From a virus, in UHGV virus genome UHGV-0123288: DNA of 41,460 nt. One strand, written 5' to 3'. The notes beneath the pieces are model-generated. The model saw nothing but the letters and a program-made list of their open reading frames with translations, was not told the DNA's origin and did not search any database. Below are positions 18,748 through 27,132 of this stretch, in pieces. Each line of letters begins with the position of its first letter. Within the stretch, counting starts at the first letter, position 1. The position numbers and the translations under genes were made by a program.

Positions 18748-19441
18748 AGGTGCGTTTCAACTCTGTTCCATCAAGTGGTGGGTTGCACCCAATTTGGTTT
18801 ACATATTGTGACCATACCCATACTTCTTCATGTTCTAAGCCTGTAGCGAACAATTTGCCAATCATTTGCGTTATCCAGTTGTTTCGTCCTCCTTCATCAC
18901 TTCCAGCGATAATATCACCTAACAGGTTTGCAGTCCATTTGCGTTCACGTTTTTTGTTCTTTTTCTGAATTGTTTTATCTGTGAAAATATCAAACCATTT
19001 TACAGGTAGGTCTGCAATTGGTGAATTGTCAATCACTTCATATTTTACACCTTCAATTGTTGAACCCCACCCAACAATGTAGCGTCCATGTGTTTGGAAG
19101 TCAACACCTTCAAGTTCCTTGTGGTTCTGAATGAATTGCACATCATTATATTTTTCAGGTAGGTTGTAATACAGATGAAGCCCACCACTTGGTGTCATAA
19201 CTGTTTTAGTGTCTGGTAACTCAATATCATACTTTTCGCAAAACTCTTTGAGGTTATCAGCACCACTAACACCATTATGAGTGTCAATATCAATTACTGC
19301 AATACCTGAAATTTTACCAGTTAAAATACCATAGTTACCACCTTCTGCAACCCACTTCTTCACTTCTGCTTTATCTTCACCATTAAACGAGCCAGCAACT
19401 AAAGGCGCTTTACCGTTCTTTTTAAGTCTTAATAGTTCCAT
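18698..19441 (-). CDS. primase-polymerase (PrimPol N-terminal domain + PriCT-like C-terminus)
   Basis: An acidic metal-binding segment (IAVIDIDTHNG) and an SGGLHLYY motif are present. The C-terminal helical PriCT-like region is NNWITQMIGKLF...WSQYVNQIGC. Confidence 0.65.
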   Translation of the reverse strand: MELLRLKKNGKAPLVAGSFNGEDKAEVKKWVAEGGNYGILTGKISGIAVIDIDTHNGVSGADNLKEFCEKYDIELPDTKTVMTPSGGLHLYYNLPEKYNDVQFIQNHKELEGVDFQTHGRYIVGWGSTIEGVKYEVIDNSPIADLPVKWFDIFTDKTIQKKNKKRERKWTANLLGDIIAGSDEGGRNNWITQMIGKLFATGLEHEEVWVWSQYVNQIGCNPPLDGTELKRTYDSVKKREERRMAKDE

Positions 19442-19452
19442 TGTTTATCCTC

Positions 19453-19641
19453 CTATGAACATGCTACAATTTTAGCTGTTTCTAAATTATAACTATTTAC
19501 TTCAATAATAAGTACATCAAGACCATGTGTGTTCTCCATCACTTCCGCCATGTAATCTTCTGCTAACTCTTTTGTAGTGAATGATTCTGATTGGTAAGCT
19601 AGTGTTTTAGTTTCAAAATCAATAACATTTACAATATACAT
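19453..19641 (-). CDS. hypothetical protein
   Basis: 62-aa ORF with an RBS (gggagg) and its own promoter/operator. Confidence 0.45.
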   Translation of the reverse strand: MYIVNVIDFETKTLAYQSESFTTKELAEDYMAEVMENTHGLDVLIIEVNSYNLETAKIVACS

Positions 19642-19670
19642 ATTATTTCCTCCCTTTATCTTATGTATCT

Positions 19671-19699
19671 ACTATATCATGTGATATAGTAGTTGTCAA
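19671..19699 (-). promoter_or_regulatory. early promoter TTGACA-17-TATAGT with 11-bp-arm inverted repeat operator
   Basis: The inverted repeat is ctactatatca tg tgatatagtag, spanning the spacer and -10. Confidence 0.6.
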
Positions 19700-19702
19700 T
19701 AC

Positions 19703-20998
19703 TTATTTTAAAATATTTTCAATATCTTCATTAGTAAAGTCTTTACCATTTGTTACTGTTTCAAAAATCTTTTTCTCCGTTGGTGTTTCAGGTACAATGT
19801 GATAATAAAGTGGTTTCTTTGTTTGACCATAACGGTCTGTGCGTGCCTTGGATTGTTCATAGTTGACTGATTCTAAAGGCATTGAATTGTAAATTGTCAC
19901 ATTTGCAATAACAAAATCATTAATGCCTGTAGAAGCGGATTTGTAGTGTGCTAACACAACACCGTTGTATTTACCTTTAAATACTTTTAAGTCTTTGCTA
20001 GCGCCATTATATTGACTATATGGACGTTTTAACTTGTCTAATACTTGTTTCAACATTTCAAGTTCCACATTGTAATTATAAAATATAACTATTCGTTCGT
20101 TGTTATGTGTTTCTAAAATAGCCTGTAAACGCTCAAACGGTTCTTTACTTACTTGTTTATTGATTCCTAGCAAGAAACCATGTGACACACAGCGCATTGC
20201 GTTAAATAGTTTACTACTATTATCTAATTCAATCACTTCACCGTTATCCGCCTTGTACATGCGATTCTTTTTCAATTTAGCATACATAGCTGGCTTTTTA
20301 GTCTTATACACAAAGTCCTCTGGATAGTAATCTTTATCACGTGTGAAACGCACTGCAACGCTATTTATCATATCATTTAATAAATGCTCGTTCTGATAAC
20401 CTACAATTTGCATGAAGCGCATTGAACCTAACTGACGCATTTGTTTAACTACAAATAGTTGCTCAAACTCTTTTTTAGGTTTTCTAAAAACATTAAGCAT
20501 AAATAATTGACTATAGTAGTTTTCAAGCTTTCCATTACTAACTGGTGTTGCTGTTAATAGTCTAACATACTTAGTTTTCTTTGTCAACTTCATTACAAAC
20601 TTTGTAACCTTAGAACTAGTTACCCCCACTTTATGTGCTTCATCCACAATTATGAAAGTATCTTCATCAACCCACTTCAATAATTCAGTGATACGCCAAA
20701 CACTTTCAAAACTGATTGCTACTTTATTTGATTCAGCTAATAACTCTTTATTTTTCTTTGTTCCTAAATTCAATGGTGTAATATCAATACCCATTAATGC
20801 ACCATCTTCTGCAAAGTCTGCAACTTTAGGTGCTAAACAGATAACTAATAACTTACTGCACCCAGATTGCAAGTAGGCTCCTAATGCAGTGAATGTCTTA
20901 CCTGTTCCAGCGTCAGATAAATCGTAAGGGTGTGTATTCCATTTTTCAATACCTTCAATTTGCGTTGGTAATAGTTCAATTTTTCCAATCTTAGTCAT
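19703..20998 (-). CDS. SF2 DEAD/DEAH-box helicase
   Basis: Walker A is DAGTGKT and motif II is VDEAH. The start is assigned to Met31 (MTKIGK), which has an RBS (aaggtgga). The longer ORF to 21088 overlaps the upstream gene. Confidence 0.75.
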   Translation of the reverse strand: MTKIGKIELLPTQIEGIEKWNTHPYDLSDAGTGKTFTALGAYLQSGCSKLLVICLAPKVADFAEDGALMGIDITPLNLGTKKNKELLAESNKVAISFESVWRITELLKWVDEDTFIIVDEAHKVGVTSSKVTKFVMKLTKKTKYVRLLTATPVSNGKLENYYSQLFMLNVFRKPKKEFEQLFVVKQMRQLGSMRFMQIVGYQNEHLLNDMINSVAVRFTRDKDYYPEDFVYKTKKPAMYAKLKKNRMYKADNGEVIELDNSSKLFNAMRCVSHGFLLGINKQVSKEPFERLQAILETHNNERIVIFYNYNVELEMLKQVLDKLKRPYSQYNGASKDLKVFKGKYNGVVLAHYKSASTGINDFVIANVTIYNSMPLESVNYEQSKARTDRYGQTKKPLYYHIVPETPTEKKIFETVTNGKDFTNEDIENILK

Positions 20999-21416
20999 AT
21001 AGTACTTCCACCTTATCATCTTTAATATCTGGTAAATCTGGTTGTTCATAATTGAAATAAATATCATCTGCACCATAGTACACTGCACTTTCCATGTTAT
21101 CCAAATAAAGTAATAGGTCCTCTAAATCATCAAGCGTATCTCTTAATAGTAAACCATATCCGCCAGCACATCTAACTTCCTGTAAGTATCTAATTTGTAA
21201 TGGGTCTGGTTGGTAGTTACCAGTTTTAAGCTCTAATGCAATGAAGTAACCACTATAACACGCTTCAATATCTGCACGTCCCACACGGTCATATATGGTT
21301 GCTGTGTTAACATTTACAACCGCTCCTTTTGATTTCAAGTATTCTACTACTTCTTTACTAAATTTAGCTTCTTTTTTCACGTGCTGAACCACCTTTTTTA
21401 GACATACGTTGTGCAA
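20991..21416 (-). CDS. VRR-NUC / PD-(D/E)xK family nuclease
   Basis: The pattern RADIEAC...IALELK is a D-x-E-x-K-like motif typical of VRR-NUC; 141 aa. Confidence 0.55.
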   Translation of the reverse strand: MHNVCLKKVVQHVKKEAKFSKEVVEYLKSKGAVVNVNTATIYDRVGRADIEACYSGYFIALELKTGNYQPDPLQIRYLQEVRCAGGYGLLLRDTLDDLEDLLLYLDNMESAVYYGADDIYFNYEQPDLPDIKDDKVEVLYD

Positions 21417-21600
21417 CCTCTGTTAGTTTTACAATTGCTTCTGGTACTGTATGTCCTTTTTGTTCCATCATTCCCAACAATCCTAGTGTAGAATATAATG
21501 CGTATTTTTCCAACTCCTTATCTGTAACACCTTTTTCATTTAACTTGGTTTCCATATCCGTTAATAATGTGTCAATTGCAATAATCCGTTCTGTTTTCAT
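21364..21600 (-). CDS. hypothetical protein
   Basis: 78-aa ORF. Confidence 0.45.
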   Translation of the reverse strand: MKTERIIAIDTLLTDMETKLNEKGVTDKELEKYALYSTLGLLGMMEQKGHTVPEAIVKLTEVAQRMSKKGGSAREKRS

Positions 21601-21602
21601 TT

Positions 21603-21812
21603 TTATTCTTCCTCTCCAATTACTAATTCAATTGCGCCCCACGATTCATTGTAACTGATATTCAATACTTTTGTCAACTCATCATACTTTCTAAATAATC
21701 GTTCTACTGACTTGTCACTTGTTGTGTCAATTACTAATGCAGTCATACCATTTGATTCTTTCACTACTAAAAAATGACTGTCAACCACTTCGTATGCTTG
21801 TAATAAATTCAT
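21603..21812 (-). CDS. hypothetical protein
   Basis: 69-aa ORF. Confidence 0.45.
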   Translation of the reverse strand: MNLLQAYEVVDSHFLVVKESNGMTALVIDTTSDKSVERLFRKYDELTKVLNISYNESWGAIELVIGEEE

Positions 21813-21813
21813 T

Positions 21814-21975
21814 TTAGTTATCCTCCTTGAATGTTTGAGTTGCTAAGAACGCTAATACGAATGATATAGACCATGCTATCATTACAGCATCCCTTGAACC
21901 TGTGAATACGATTGTAAAGATACCTACTAAAAATGCCACCAATACAGCTGTTAAAACTTCTAAATTTTCATTCAT
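21814..21975 (-). CDS. small two-TM membrane peptide (53 aa, below ORF-track cutoff)
   Basis: The sequence is MNENLEVLTAVLVAFLVGIFTIVFTGSRDAVMIAWSISFVLAFLATQTFKEDN. It has an RBS (ggaggaaaaa) and its stop overlaps the next start. Confidence 0.35.
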   Translation of the reverse strand: MNENLEVLTAVLVAFLVGIFTIVFTGSRDAVMIAWSISFVLAFLATQTFKEDN

Positions 21976-21976
21976 C

Positions 21977-22255
21977 TTATTTTTCCTCCAAGTCGTTAAT
22001 TCGTTTTTCTAATTCAATAATTAATTGTTCATTGTGTAGTGTTTTAGTGATACTTGATACTTCAATACCTGAAACTTGTTTATACTTCAAAATAATATCT
22101 TGTTGTTGGTCATTCAAACCTTTGTATAACCCTAGTTCATCTTTTGTTTCTTCAAGTTGTTCTTTCATATCAGTTATACCCATTGTTGCGGTTGAACCAG
22201 CGACAATGAATCCACATACTAATCCTATAATTGTTCCTGTATTTCTACCCTTCAT
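21977..22255 (-). CDS. membrane-anchored coiled-coil protein
   Basis: 92 aa with an N-terminal TM segment (IIGLVCGFIVAGSTA) followed by an amphipathic helix. Confidence 0.45.
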   Translation of the reverse strand: MKGRNTGTIIGLVCGFIVAGSTATMGITDMKEQLEETKDELGLYKGLNDQQQDIILKYKQVSGIEVSSITKTLHNEQLIIELEKRINDLEEK

Positions 22256-22332
22256 TATTTGTTTACCTCCATTACACTAATTGTTAATACTGCTACTAAA
22301 GTTAATAATGTTACTACTAATGTTGTTGTCAT
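22255..22332 (-). CDS. 25-aa hydrophobic micro-ORF (MTTTLVVTLLTLVAVLTISVMEVNK)
   Basis: It has an RBS (aggagg) 8 nt upstream. It is the first ORF after the strong TTGACA-17-TATACT promoter, and its stop overlaps the next ATG (TAATG). Confidence 0.25.
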   Translation of the reverse strand: MTTTLVVTLLTLVAVLTISVMEVNK

Positions 22333-22362
22333 TTTAATTTCCTCCTAATTGATTATATACTT

Positions 22363-22391
22363 AGTATAAATGATTGTCTTTATTTTGTCAA
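22363..22391 (-). promoter_or_regulatory. early promoter TTGACA-17-TATACT (second copy at 23114..23142)
   Basis: aaaacacTTGACA motif. It drives the micro-ORF and membrane genes. Confidence 0.6.
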
Positions 22392-22823
22392 GTGTTTTGG
22401 TAAATTAATTTTTAAATTTTTGTCATATCGCCTTGGGTCAAGTGTCTTGTGAACGTCATCTACTTTGTTTAGATAGCTTGTAATTACTTTACCACTTAAT
22501 AGTGACACCACAATACACTGTACTTCTTTGTTTTTTGAATAGTGTGAACGTAGTAAAATGCGCTTGTCTGCGCCTGTTTCGTTGTACTCTACAATTGTAC
22601 TATTTAACATGGTTTTCATTGTCATTTCATATGAAAATTTAGTTTCACCATTTCTTATTTTATCTTGTAAGTGAAAACCAATCTTGATACCACGTTTTAG
22701 CCATAAATCTTTTACAAGTTCTCTAGCGTTATATACTTGTTCAACTTCCTTGTGTGTAAAGTGTGAAGCGTGTTTCTTTACTTGTCCTTGCGTTTTCTTT
22801 ACTGTTCCAATTTGAAAGTCCAT
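22380..22823 (-). CDS. hypothetical protein, 147 aa (copy 1 of exact tandem duplication)
   Basis: Intact ORF with an RBS (aggagg) and its own palindromic promoter. It is 100% identical to 23131..23574. Confidence 0.55.
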   Translation of the reverse strand: MDFQIGTVKKTQGQVKKHASHFTHKEVEQVYNARELVKDLWLKRGIKIGFHLQDKIRNGETKFSYEMTMKTMLNSTIVEYNETGADKRILLRSHYSKNKEVQCIVVSLLSGKVITSYLNKVDDVHKTLDPRRYDKNLKINLPKHLTK

Positions 22824-22852
22824 TTCATATCCTCCCTTTAACTTATGTACTA

Positions 22853-22881
22853 AGTATATCAGTTGGGGTTGAACTTGTCAA
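22853..22881 (-). promoter_or_regulatory. early promoter TTGACA-17-TATACT inside 13-bp-arm palindrome (copy at 23604..23632)
   Basis: The palindrome cagttggggttga/tcaaccccaactg overlaps the -35 and spacer. On the + strand the same hairpin is followed by a T-run. Confidence 0.55.
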
Positions 22882-22894
22882 CCCCAACTGATTT

Positions 22895-23083
22895 TTATTT
22901 TAAATTTTCTAATACTGTTTCAGTTAGTAGAATTACATCTAACATGTTTTCTAGTCTGTCGTTTAGTCTATGTCCTTTTTCGTTATCTCCTTTGTCGTAT
23001 GCTTCAATCATTTCAGCTTTTAATTTATCAAATCTTTCGTTTAATTTTTGTAATTTGTTTTCGTATTTTTCTTTAGTTGTCAT
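22895..23083 (-). CDS. hypothetical coiled-coil protein, 62 aa (copy 1)
   Basis: Identical to 23646..23834 and preceded by an RBS. Confidence 0.5.
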   Translation of the reverse strand: MTTKEKYENKLQKLNERFDKLKAEMIEAYDKGDNEKGHRLNDRLENMLDVILLTETVLENLK

Positions 23084-23130
23084 TTTAATTTCCTCCTAAT
23101 TGATTATATACTTAGTATAAATGATTGTCT

Positions 23131-23574
23131 TTATTTTGTCAAGTGTTTTGGTAAATTAATTTTTAAATTTTTGTCATATCGCCTTGGGTCAAGTGTCTTG
23201 TGAACGTCATCTACTTTGTTTAGATAGCTTGTAATTACTTTACCACTTAATAGTGACACCACAATACACTGTACTTCTTTGTTTTTTGAATAGTGTGAAC
23301 GTAGTAAAATGCGCTTGTCTGCGCCTGTTTCGTTGTACTCTACAATTGTACTATTTAACATGGTTTTCATTGTCATTTCATATGAAAATTTAGTTTCACC
23401 ATTTCTTATTTTATCTTGTAAGTGAAAACCAATCTTGATACCACGTTTTAGCCATAAATCTTTTACAAGTTCTCTAGCGTTATATACTTGTTCAACTTCC
23501 TTGTGTGTAAAGTGTGAAGCGTGTTTCTTTACTTGTCCTTGCGTTTTCTTTACTGTTCCAATTTGAAAGTCCAT
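23131..23574 (-). CDS. hypothetical protein, 147 aa (copy 2)
   Basis: Exact duplicate of 22380..22823. Confidence 0.55.
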   Translation of the reverse strand: MDFQIGTVKKTQGQVKKHASHFTHKEVEQVYNARELVKDLWLKRGIKIGFHLQDKIRNGETKFSYEMTMKTMLNSTIVEYNETGADKRILLRSHYSKNKEVQCIVVSLLSGKVITSYLNKVDDVHKTLDPRRYDKNLKINLPKHLTK

Positions 23575-23645
23575 TTCATATCCTCCCTTTAACTTATGTA
23601 CTAAGTATATCAGTTGGGGTTGAACTTGTCAACCCCAACTGATTT

Positions 23646-23834
23646 TTATTTTAAATTTTCTAATACTGTTTCAGTTAGTAGAATTACATCTAACATGTTT
23701 TCTAGTCTGTCGTTTAGTCTATGTCCTTTTTCGTTATCTCCTTTGTCGTATGCTTCAATCATTTCAGCTTTTAATTTATCAAATCTTTCGTTTAATTTTT
23801 GTAATTTGTTTTCGTATTTTTCTTTAGTTGTCAT
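23646..23834 (-). CDS. hypothetical coiled-coil protein, 62 aa (copy 2)
   Basis: Exact duplicate of 22895..23083. Confidence 0.5.
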   Translation of the reverse strand: MTTKEKYENKLQKLNERFDKLKAEMIEAYDKGDNEKGHRLNDRLENMLDVILLTETVLENLK

Positions 23835-23877
23835 TGTTTAATTCCTCCTCTTAACTTATGAATTAAGTATATCATGC

Positions 23878-23925
23878 GAAAAAAAGAAAGTCAACTGTTT
23901 TAGTCAACTTTCTTTAATTTATTTT
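23878..23925 (-). promoter_or_regulatory. terminator-promoter composite (minus strand) downstream of primase-helicase
   Basis: On the minus strand: hairpin aagaaagt..actttctt followed by a T-run, with TTGACT-17-TATACT embedded (-35 at 23889-23894, -10 at 23866-23871). Confidence 0.6.
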
Positions 23926-25505
23926 TAAAAAATATTATCTGTTTCAGTGAAGTTATTACCCCATTTGATATTGGTTAGCACATACTGTGGTTTTCCGTTA
24001 ACTCGTTTTTTAACTCTGTTTAATACAATATTCTGCGATTTACGTTGTAGTTCTGGCACAAACTTGCGAGCTGAAACGGTCATTAGTCCTTCATTAACTA
24101 ACATATCGTTATATGCTTCTAATAATTCGTTTGTTGGGATAAATGAGTTTTCATCTTCCACGAACTCAATTTCGTTCATGTCAATAAAGTTTGCCATTGT
24201 GTCATTTCCTTGGATAAAGGCATCACGCAATTTATTTGCATTATCACTGGTCCAGAAGTGTCCTTTGGTTTCTCCATTTAGTCCAAATAGTACATTTCTA
24301 TATTGTTGTAAACAGTAGCTGATAAACTCTGATTTTTCTTCATATGTGAAATTCTTTGAACGTTCCAGCCACATTGAATCTGTGGGGTTATCTCTTCCCA
24401 TTGTCTTATTAAATGGTAATGTGATAATACGGCGCAAGAAACCATGTGAGGTGTCTGAAAAAGTAGGCATGTTATTAGTTGTGAAAATCATTAGTGCGTA
24501 GTTCGTAAATGTGAACTTGTTAATACCTTTGTACTCTGCACTCATAACGTCATTACCTGATAATGTTTTCAGTGTACCTGTTTGTTTAATATGCTGTGCT
24601 GGCATATCTGTTTCAATATTCACCATTTTACCAAATAATTGAGAGCTTGCGAATTTGTCATTATTACCTGACAAGCTAGCTAGTGTTGCATGACTTGTAT
24701 TTGATTTTCCTACTAGTTCCTCAATAAATGCCATAACGTGAGATTTACCGTTACTACCTTCACCAGTTGCGAATACCATTGCTTGTGGGTCTTGGTTGCG
24801 GTAGAAAATACGTCCAATCAATTGGAAAAGTGTTTTTGCGTCCTCTTCTAAAATATACTCAATCCATTCAGCAACGATATTGTGCTTAGGGTTCTCAATA
24901 TAATCATATTCAATTCTTGTTGTTTGGTAGTCCTCTTTCACAGTTGGCTTTAATGTGTCCTCTTTAAAGCGATATGTGCCATTTTTAAAGGCTATTTTGT
25001 TTGGGTCCATTTTGTCATTAAATGGTAAGTTAGAACCAGAAGCAAGCGCATTTTTTGCCATTCTTTGGACTGCATTTCTAAATTGGTTAGCAACCTTTGC
25101 ATTTTCTGCATAATGTGGTGTGTAGACCATCATAAATTCATTGTAAAGCTTTTGCCATAAACGAGCTTCTAAATTGTCCTCTGATACCTCATAGATTTTT
25201 GTGTCATGGTTGTAAACTACTGGTAAACCAATTGTGGAACTTGCGTGTACTGGTAATACCTTAGCCATGTGAACAGCTAATGCTTCTGCGTTTAATCCAT
25301 CATAGCTTGGTTCTGGTCGTTGTGGTTCTGCATTCTTAGCCGCATCTCCATTTTTGAAGTCCACTTCCCACTCTTTGTGGTCCTTTTCATACTCCTTTAG
25401 TGCTTTGATATATTGCTTGCTAGGTGTCAAAGTCTTTTCAAGCGTGCTGATAAAGCTTAATTCAACTGGTTGGTCATATTCAACTTTTTGTAATTCATTT
25501 AACAT
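23925..25505 (-). CDS. D5/P4-family primase C-terminal domain helicase (SF3 NTPase)
   Basis: The Walker A P-loop is GEGSNGKSHV, followed by a C-terminal winged-helix-like region. It is 526 aa and flanked by terminator-promoter composites. Confidence 0.7.
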   Translation of the reverse strand: MLNELQKVEYDQPVELSFISTLEKTLTPSKQYIKALKEYEKDHKEWEVDFKNGDAAKNAEPQRPEPSYDGLNAEALAVHMAKVLPVHASSTIGLPVVYNHDTKIYEVSEDNLEARLWQKLYNEFMMVYTPHYAENAKVANQFRNAVQRMAKNALASGSNLPFNDKMDPNKIAFKNGTYRFKEDTLKPTVKEDYQTTRIEYDYIENPKHNIVAEWIEYILEEDAKTLFQLIGRIFYRNQDPQAMVFATGEGSNGKSHVMAFIEELVGKSNTSHATLASLSGNNDKFASSQLFGKMVNIETDMPAQHIKQTGTLKTLSGNDVMSAEYKGINKFTFTNYALMIFTTNNMPTFSDTSHGFLRRIITLPFNKTMGRDNPTDSMWLERSKNFTYEEKSEFISYCLQQYRNVLFGLNGETKGHFWTSDNANKLRDAFIQGNDTMANFIDMNEIEFVEDENSFIPTNELLEAYNDMLVNEGLMTVSARKFVPELQRKSQNIVLNRVKKRVNGKPQYVLTNIKWGNNFTETDNIF

Positions 25506-25535
25506 TCTTATTCCTCCTAAATATCTTATGACATT

Positions 25536-25600
25536 ACTATATCATCTAAAAAAGAGAAAGTCAACTGCTTTATTTAACTTTCTCCCTTATCATAGCATAT
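25536..25600 (-). promoter_or_regulatory. terminator-promoter composite (minus strand) upstream of primase-helicase
   Basis: On the minus strand: hairpin gagaaagt..actttctc followed by tttttt, with TTGACT-17-TATAGT embedded (-35 at 25559-25564, -10 at 25536-25541). It shares gaaagtcaactg with the 23878 element. Confidence 0.6.
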
Positions 25601-25606
25601 TTAATT

Positions 25607-25798
25607 TTAAAAATGTTTGTCGTATTGGTATATGCCAATCCAAAGTATTACGGTTACTAGTAAAATTACACCTAGTGCAATCCAGCCAATTGGTTTCATT
25701 ACAGATAAAACCATTATAATACAAAATAGTATTACACCAAATACTATTAATAAACATACTGCGATACATGCCATCATAAATGCTTCAAATTTACTCAT
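25607..25798 (-). CDS. small two-TM membrane protein
   Basis: 63 aa, almost entirely hydrophobic helices. Confidence 0.45.
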   Translation of the reverse strand: MSKFEAFMMACIAVCLLIVFGVILFCIIMVLSVMKPIGWIALGVILLVTVILWIGIYQYDKHF

Positions 25799-26034
25799 TT
25801 TTCCACCTCATCTAATTTTTTCAATAATCGTTTTTCATTCCATACATTTACAATATCACCAATATACTTAACATTGTATAGCCAAGTGAATTTATATGCT
25901 AAAGTGTTGTGTACATCTTTATATTCATATTCATACATTTGTGGTACACAGTTTTTTAATACAATGGTTACTGTAGCCCCATTATATGGTTCTTCAAATT
26001 TATAGTAACGTTCTGTGTACATGTCAACCCTCAT
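25795..26034 (-). CDS. hypothetical protein
   Basis: 79-aa ORF. Confidence 0.45.
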   Translation of the reverse strand: MRVDMYTERYYKFEEPYNGATVTIVLKNCVPQMYEYEYKDVHNTLAYKFTWLYNVKYIGDIVNVWNEKRLLKKLDEVEK

Positions 26035-26246
26035 TTTGCTGCCTCCTTATGAAATTTATAAACATCATGTAATCGTTCACGTAATTCACTTGATTGTTCC
26101 ATAGTAATAACATCACTCATGCTAAGTCCCAAAATTACACCTTGGATAAATTTCATACCAGCGTGGTTGTGTTCTGCGTTTTCGTCATATCCTTCAATCA
26201 TTTCTAAAACATGTTCAATTGCGCTAATATTACTCATTCTACTCAT
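26031..26246 (-). CDS. hypothetical protein
   Basis: 71-aa ORF. Confidence 0.45.
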   Translation of the reverse strand: MSRMSNISAIEHVLEMIEGYDENAEHNHAGMKFIQGVILGLSMSDVITMEQSSELRERLHDVYKFHKEAAK

Positions 26247-26461
26247 TTTGTTTCCTCCTCAAATTGTTGTTTCTGTTCTTTGATTGCTTTTGTGTCACAC
26301 ATGGTGGCTTGCTTGTGTATCCATGTTTTAGAAACCATGTGTATTTCATTGTCTAATAATGTGATAAAATAGCCACGTGTGTCTATCTGGTCAATTCTGT
26401 AAATATTTAACCCATCTGTGGAAGCCCATATTGAGCCAATAACCTTTACTGAATCACTCAC
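26243..26461 (-). CDS. hypothetical protein
   Basis: 72-aa ORF. Confidence 0.45.
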   Translation of the reverse strand: MSDSVKVIGSIWASTDGLNIYRIDQIDTRGYFITLLDNEIHMVSKTWIHKQATMCDTKAIKEQKQQFEEETK

Positions 26462-26709
26462 TATGCGTCCTCCAATACATATAGGATTGAATCAAGTGGA
26501 ATGGTGATAAATGTGTATTGCTTTTCACCATCAATATAAAGTGTTTCTGGTTTTTCCAATTTCAATAATTTTTCATCATTTTCAACCGCTTTTTCATACA
26601 TTACTAAAATTGGTGTTTCTGTCTGCAAGTTTATATACTCGTTATTTGTTAGGCAAATATGATAATTAGTTTTTACTGTCATTATTTTATCCTCCCACAT
26701 TTTTTGCAT
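26461..26709 (-). CDS. hypothetical protein (likely starts at internal Met, 26682)
   Basis: 82-aa ORF. An RBS (gggagga) precedes the Met at MTVKTNYH, and the first 9 codons overlap the upstream micro-ORF. Confidence 0.45.
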   Translation of the reverse strand: MQKMWEDKIMTVKTNYHICLTNNEYINLQTETPILVMYEKAVENDEKLLKLEKPETLYIDGEKQYTFITIPLDSILYVLEDA

Positions 26710-26822
26710 TTTTCATGACCGCCAATGTCATATGATTTGTATACACCAAAGGGTTCATAGTCATGTATACAAACGGTTTCTTTCCAAACTTCTTTAATCC
26801 ATAAAATAAAATCACCAATCAT
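26682..26822 (-). CDS. 46-aa Cys/His-containing micro-ORF
   Basis: The sequence is MIGDFILWIKEVWKETVCIHDYEPFGVYKSYDIGGHEKCKKCGRIK (C-x-H...C-x2-C). Its stop overlaps the next start. Confidence 0.3.
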   Translation of the reverse strand: MIGDFILWIKEVWKETVCIHDYEPFGVYKSYDIGGHEKCKKCGRIK

Positions 26823-26974
26823 TCCACTACCTCCAATTTTATAATACAAGATAAACCATTTATACGTTTTGCTCTACGTAACGCTTCATTATAGTGGTAT
26901 GCTTTAAGGTATGCACGCTGTACCTTGTTTTCTATATTTCCATATGTTACTTTGAATGTTTTTAGCTTACTCAT
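26819..26974 (-). CDS. 51-aa micro-ORF
   Basis: The sequence is MSKLKTFKVTYGNIENKVQRAYLKAYHYNEALRRAKRINGLSCIIKLEVVE, with an RBS (aggagg). Confidence 0.3.
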   Translation of the reverse strand: MSKLKTFKVTYGNIENKVQRAYLKAYHYNEALRRAKRINGLSCIIKLEVVE

Positions 26975-26988
26975 CTTTATTGTTCCTC

Positions 26989-27066
26989 CTAGTCCTCAAT
27001 ATACTTGATAATGTTGTAAGTTCCCCAGATTCCAATTGTTACAAATACTAAACCGAATATTGCCAT
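26989..27066 (-). CDS. 25-aa hydrophobic micro-ORF (MAIFGLVFVTIGIWGTYNIIKYIED)
   Basis: It has an RBS (aggaggg) and is the first ORF after the promoter/operator at 27099-27127. Confidence 0.25.
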   Translation of the reverse strand: MAIFGLVFVTIGIWGTYNIIKYIED

Positions 27067-27098
27067 GTTAGTTCCCTCCTTACTCATCTTATACACCT

Positions 27099-27127
27099 AC
27101 TATACCATCATATATAGTAGGTGTCAA
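27099..27127 (-). promoter_or_regulatory. early promoter TTGACA-17-TATAGT with inverted repeat cacctactata/tatagtaggtg
   Basis: Perfect consensus hexamers. The 11-bp arms cover the spacer and -10. Confidence 0.65.
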
Positions 27128-27132
27128 GTGTT

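Larger units (their letters stand above)
22325..23826. repeat. exact tandem duplication, 2 x 751 bp
   Basis: The units 22325..23075 and 23076..23826 are identical. A 9-nt partial third copy (gttgtcatt, 23827-23835) marks the microhomology at the junctions. Confidence 0.9.

Noticed and set aside
22325-23826. Possible CRISPR-like or satellite repeat
   Set aside because: There are only two copies, each 751 bp and protein-coding. It is a tandem gene duplication with no repeat-spacer array.
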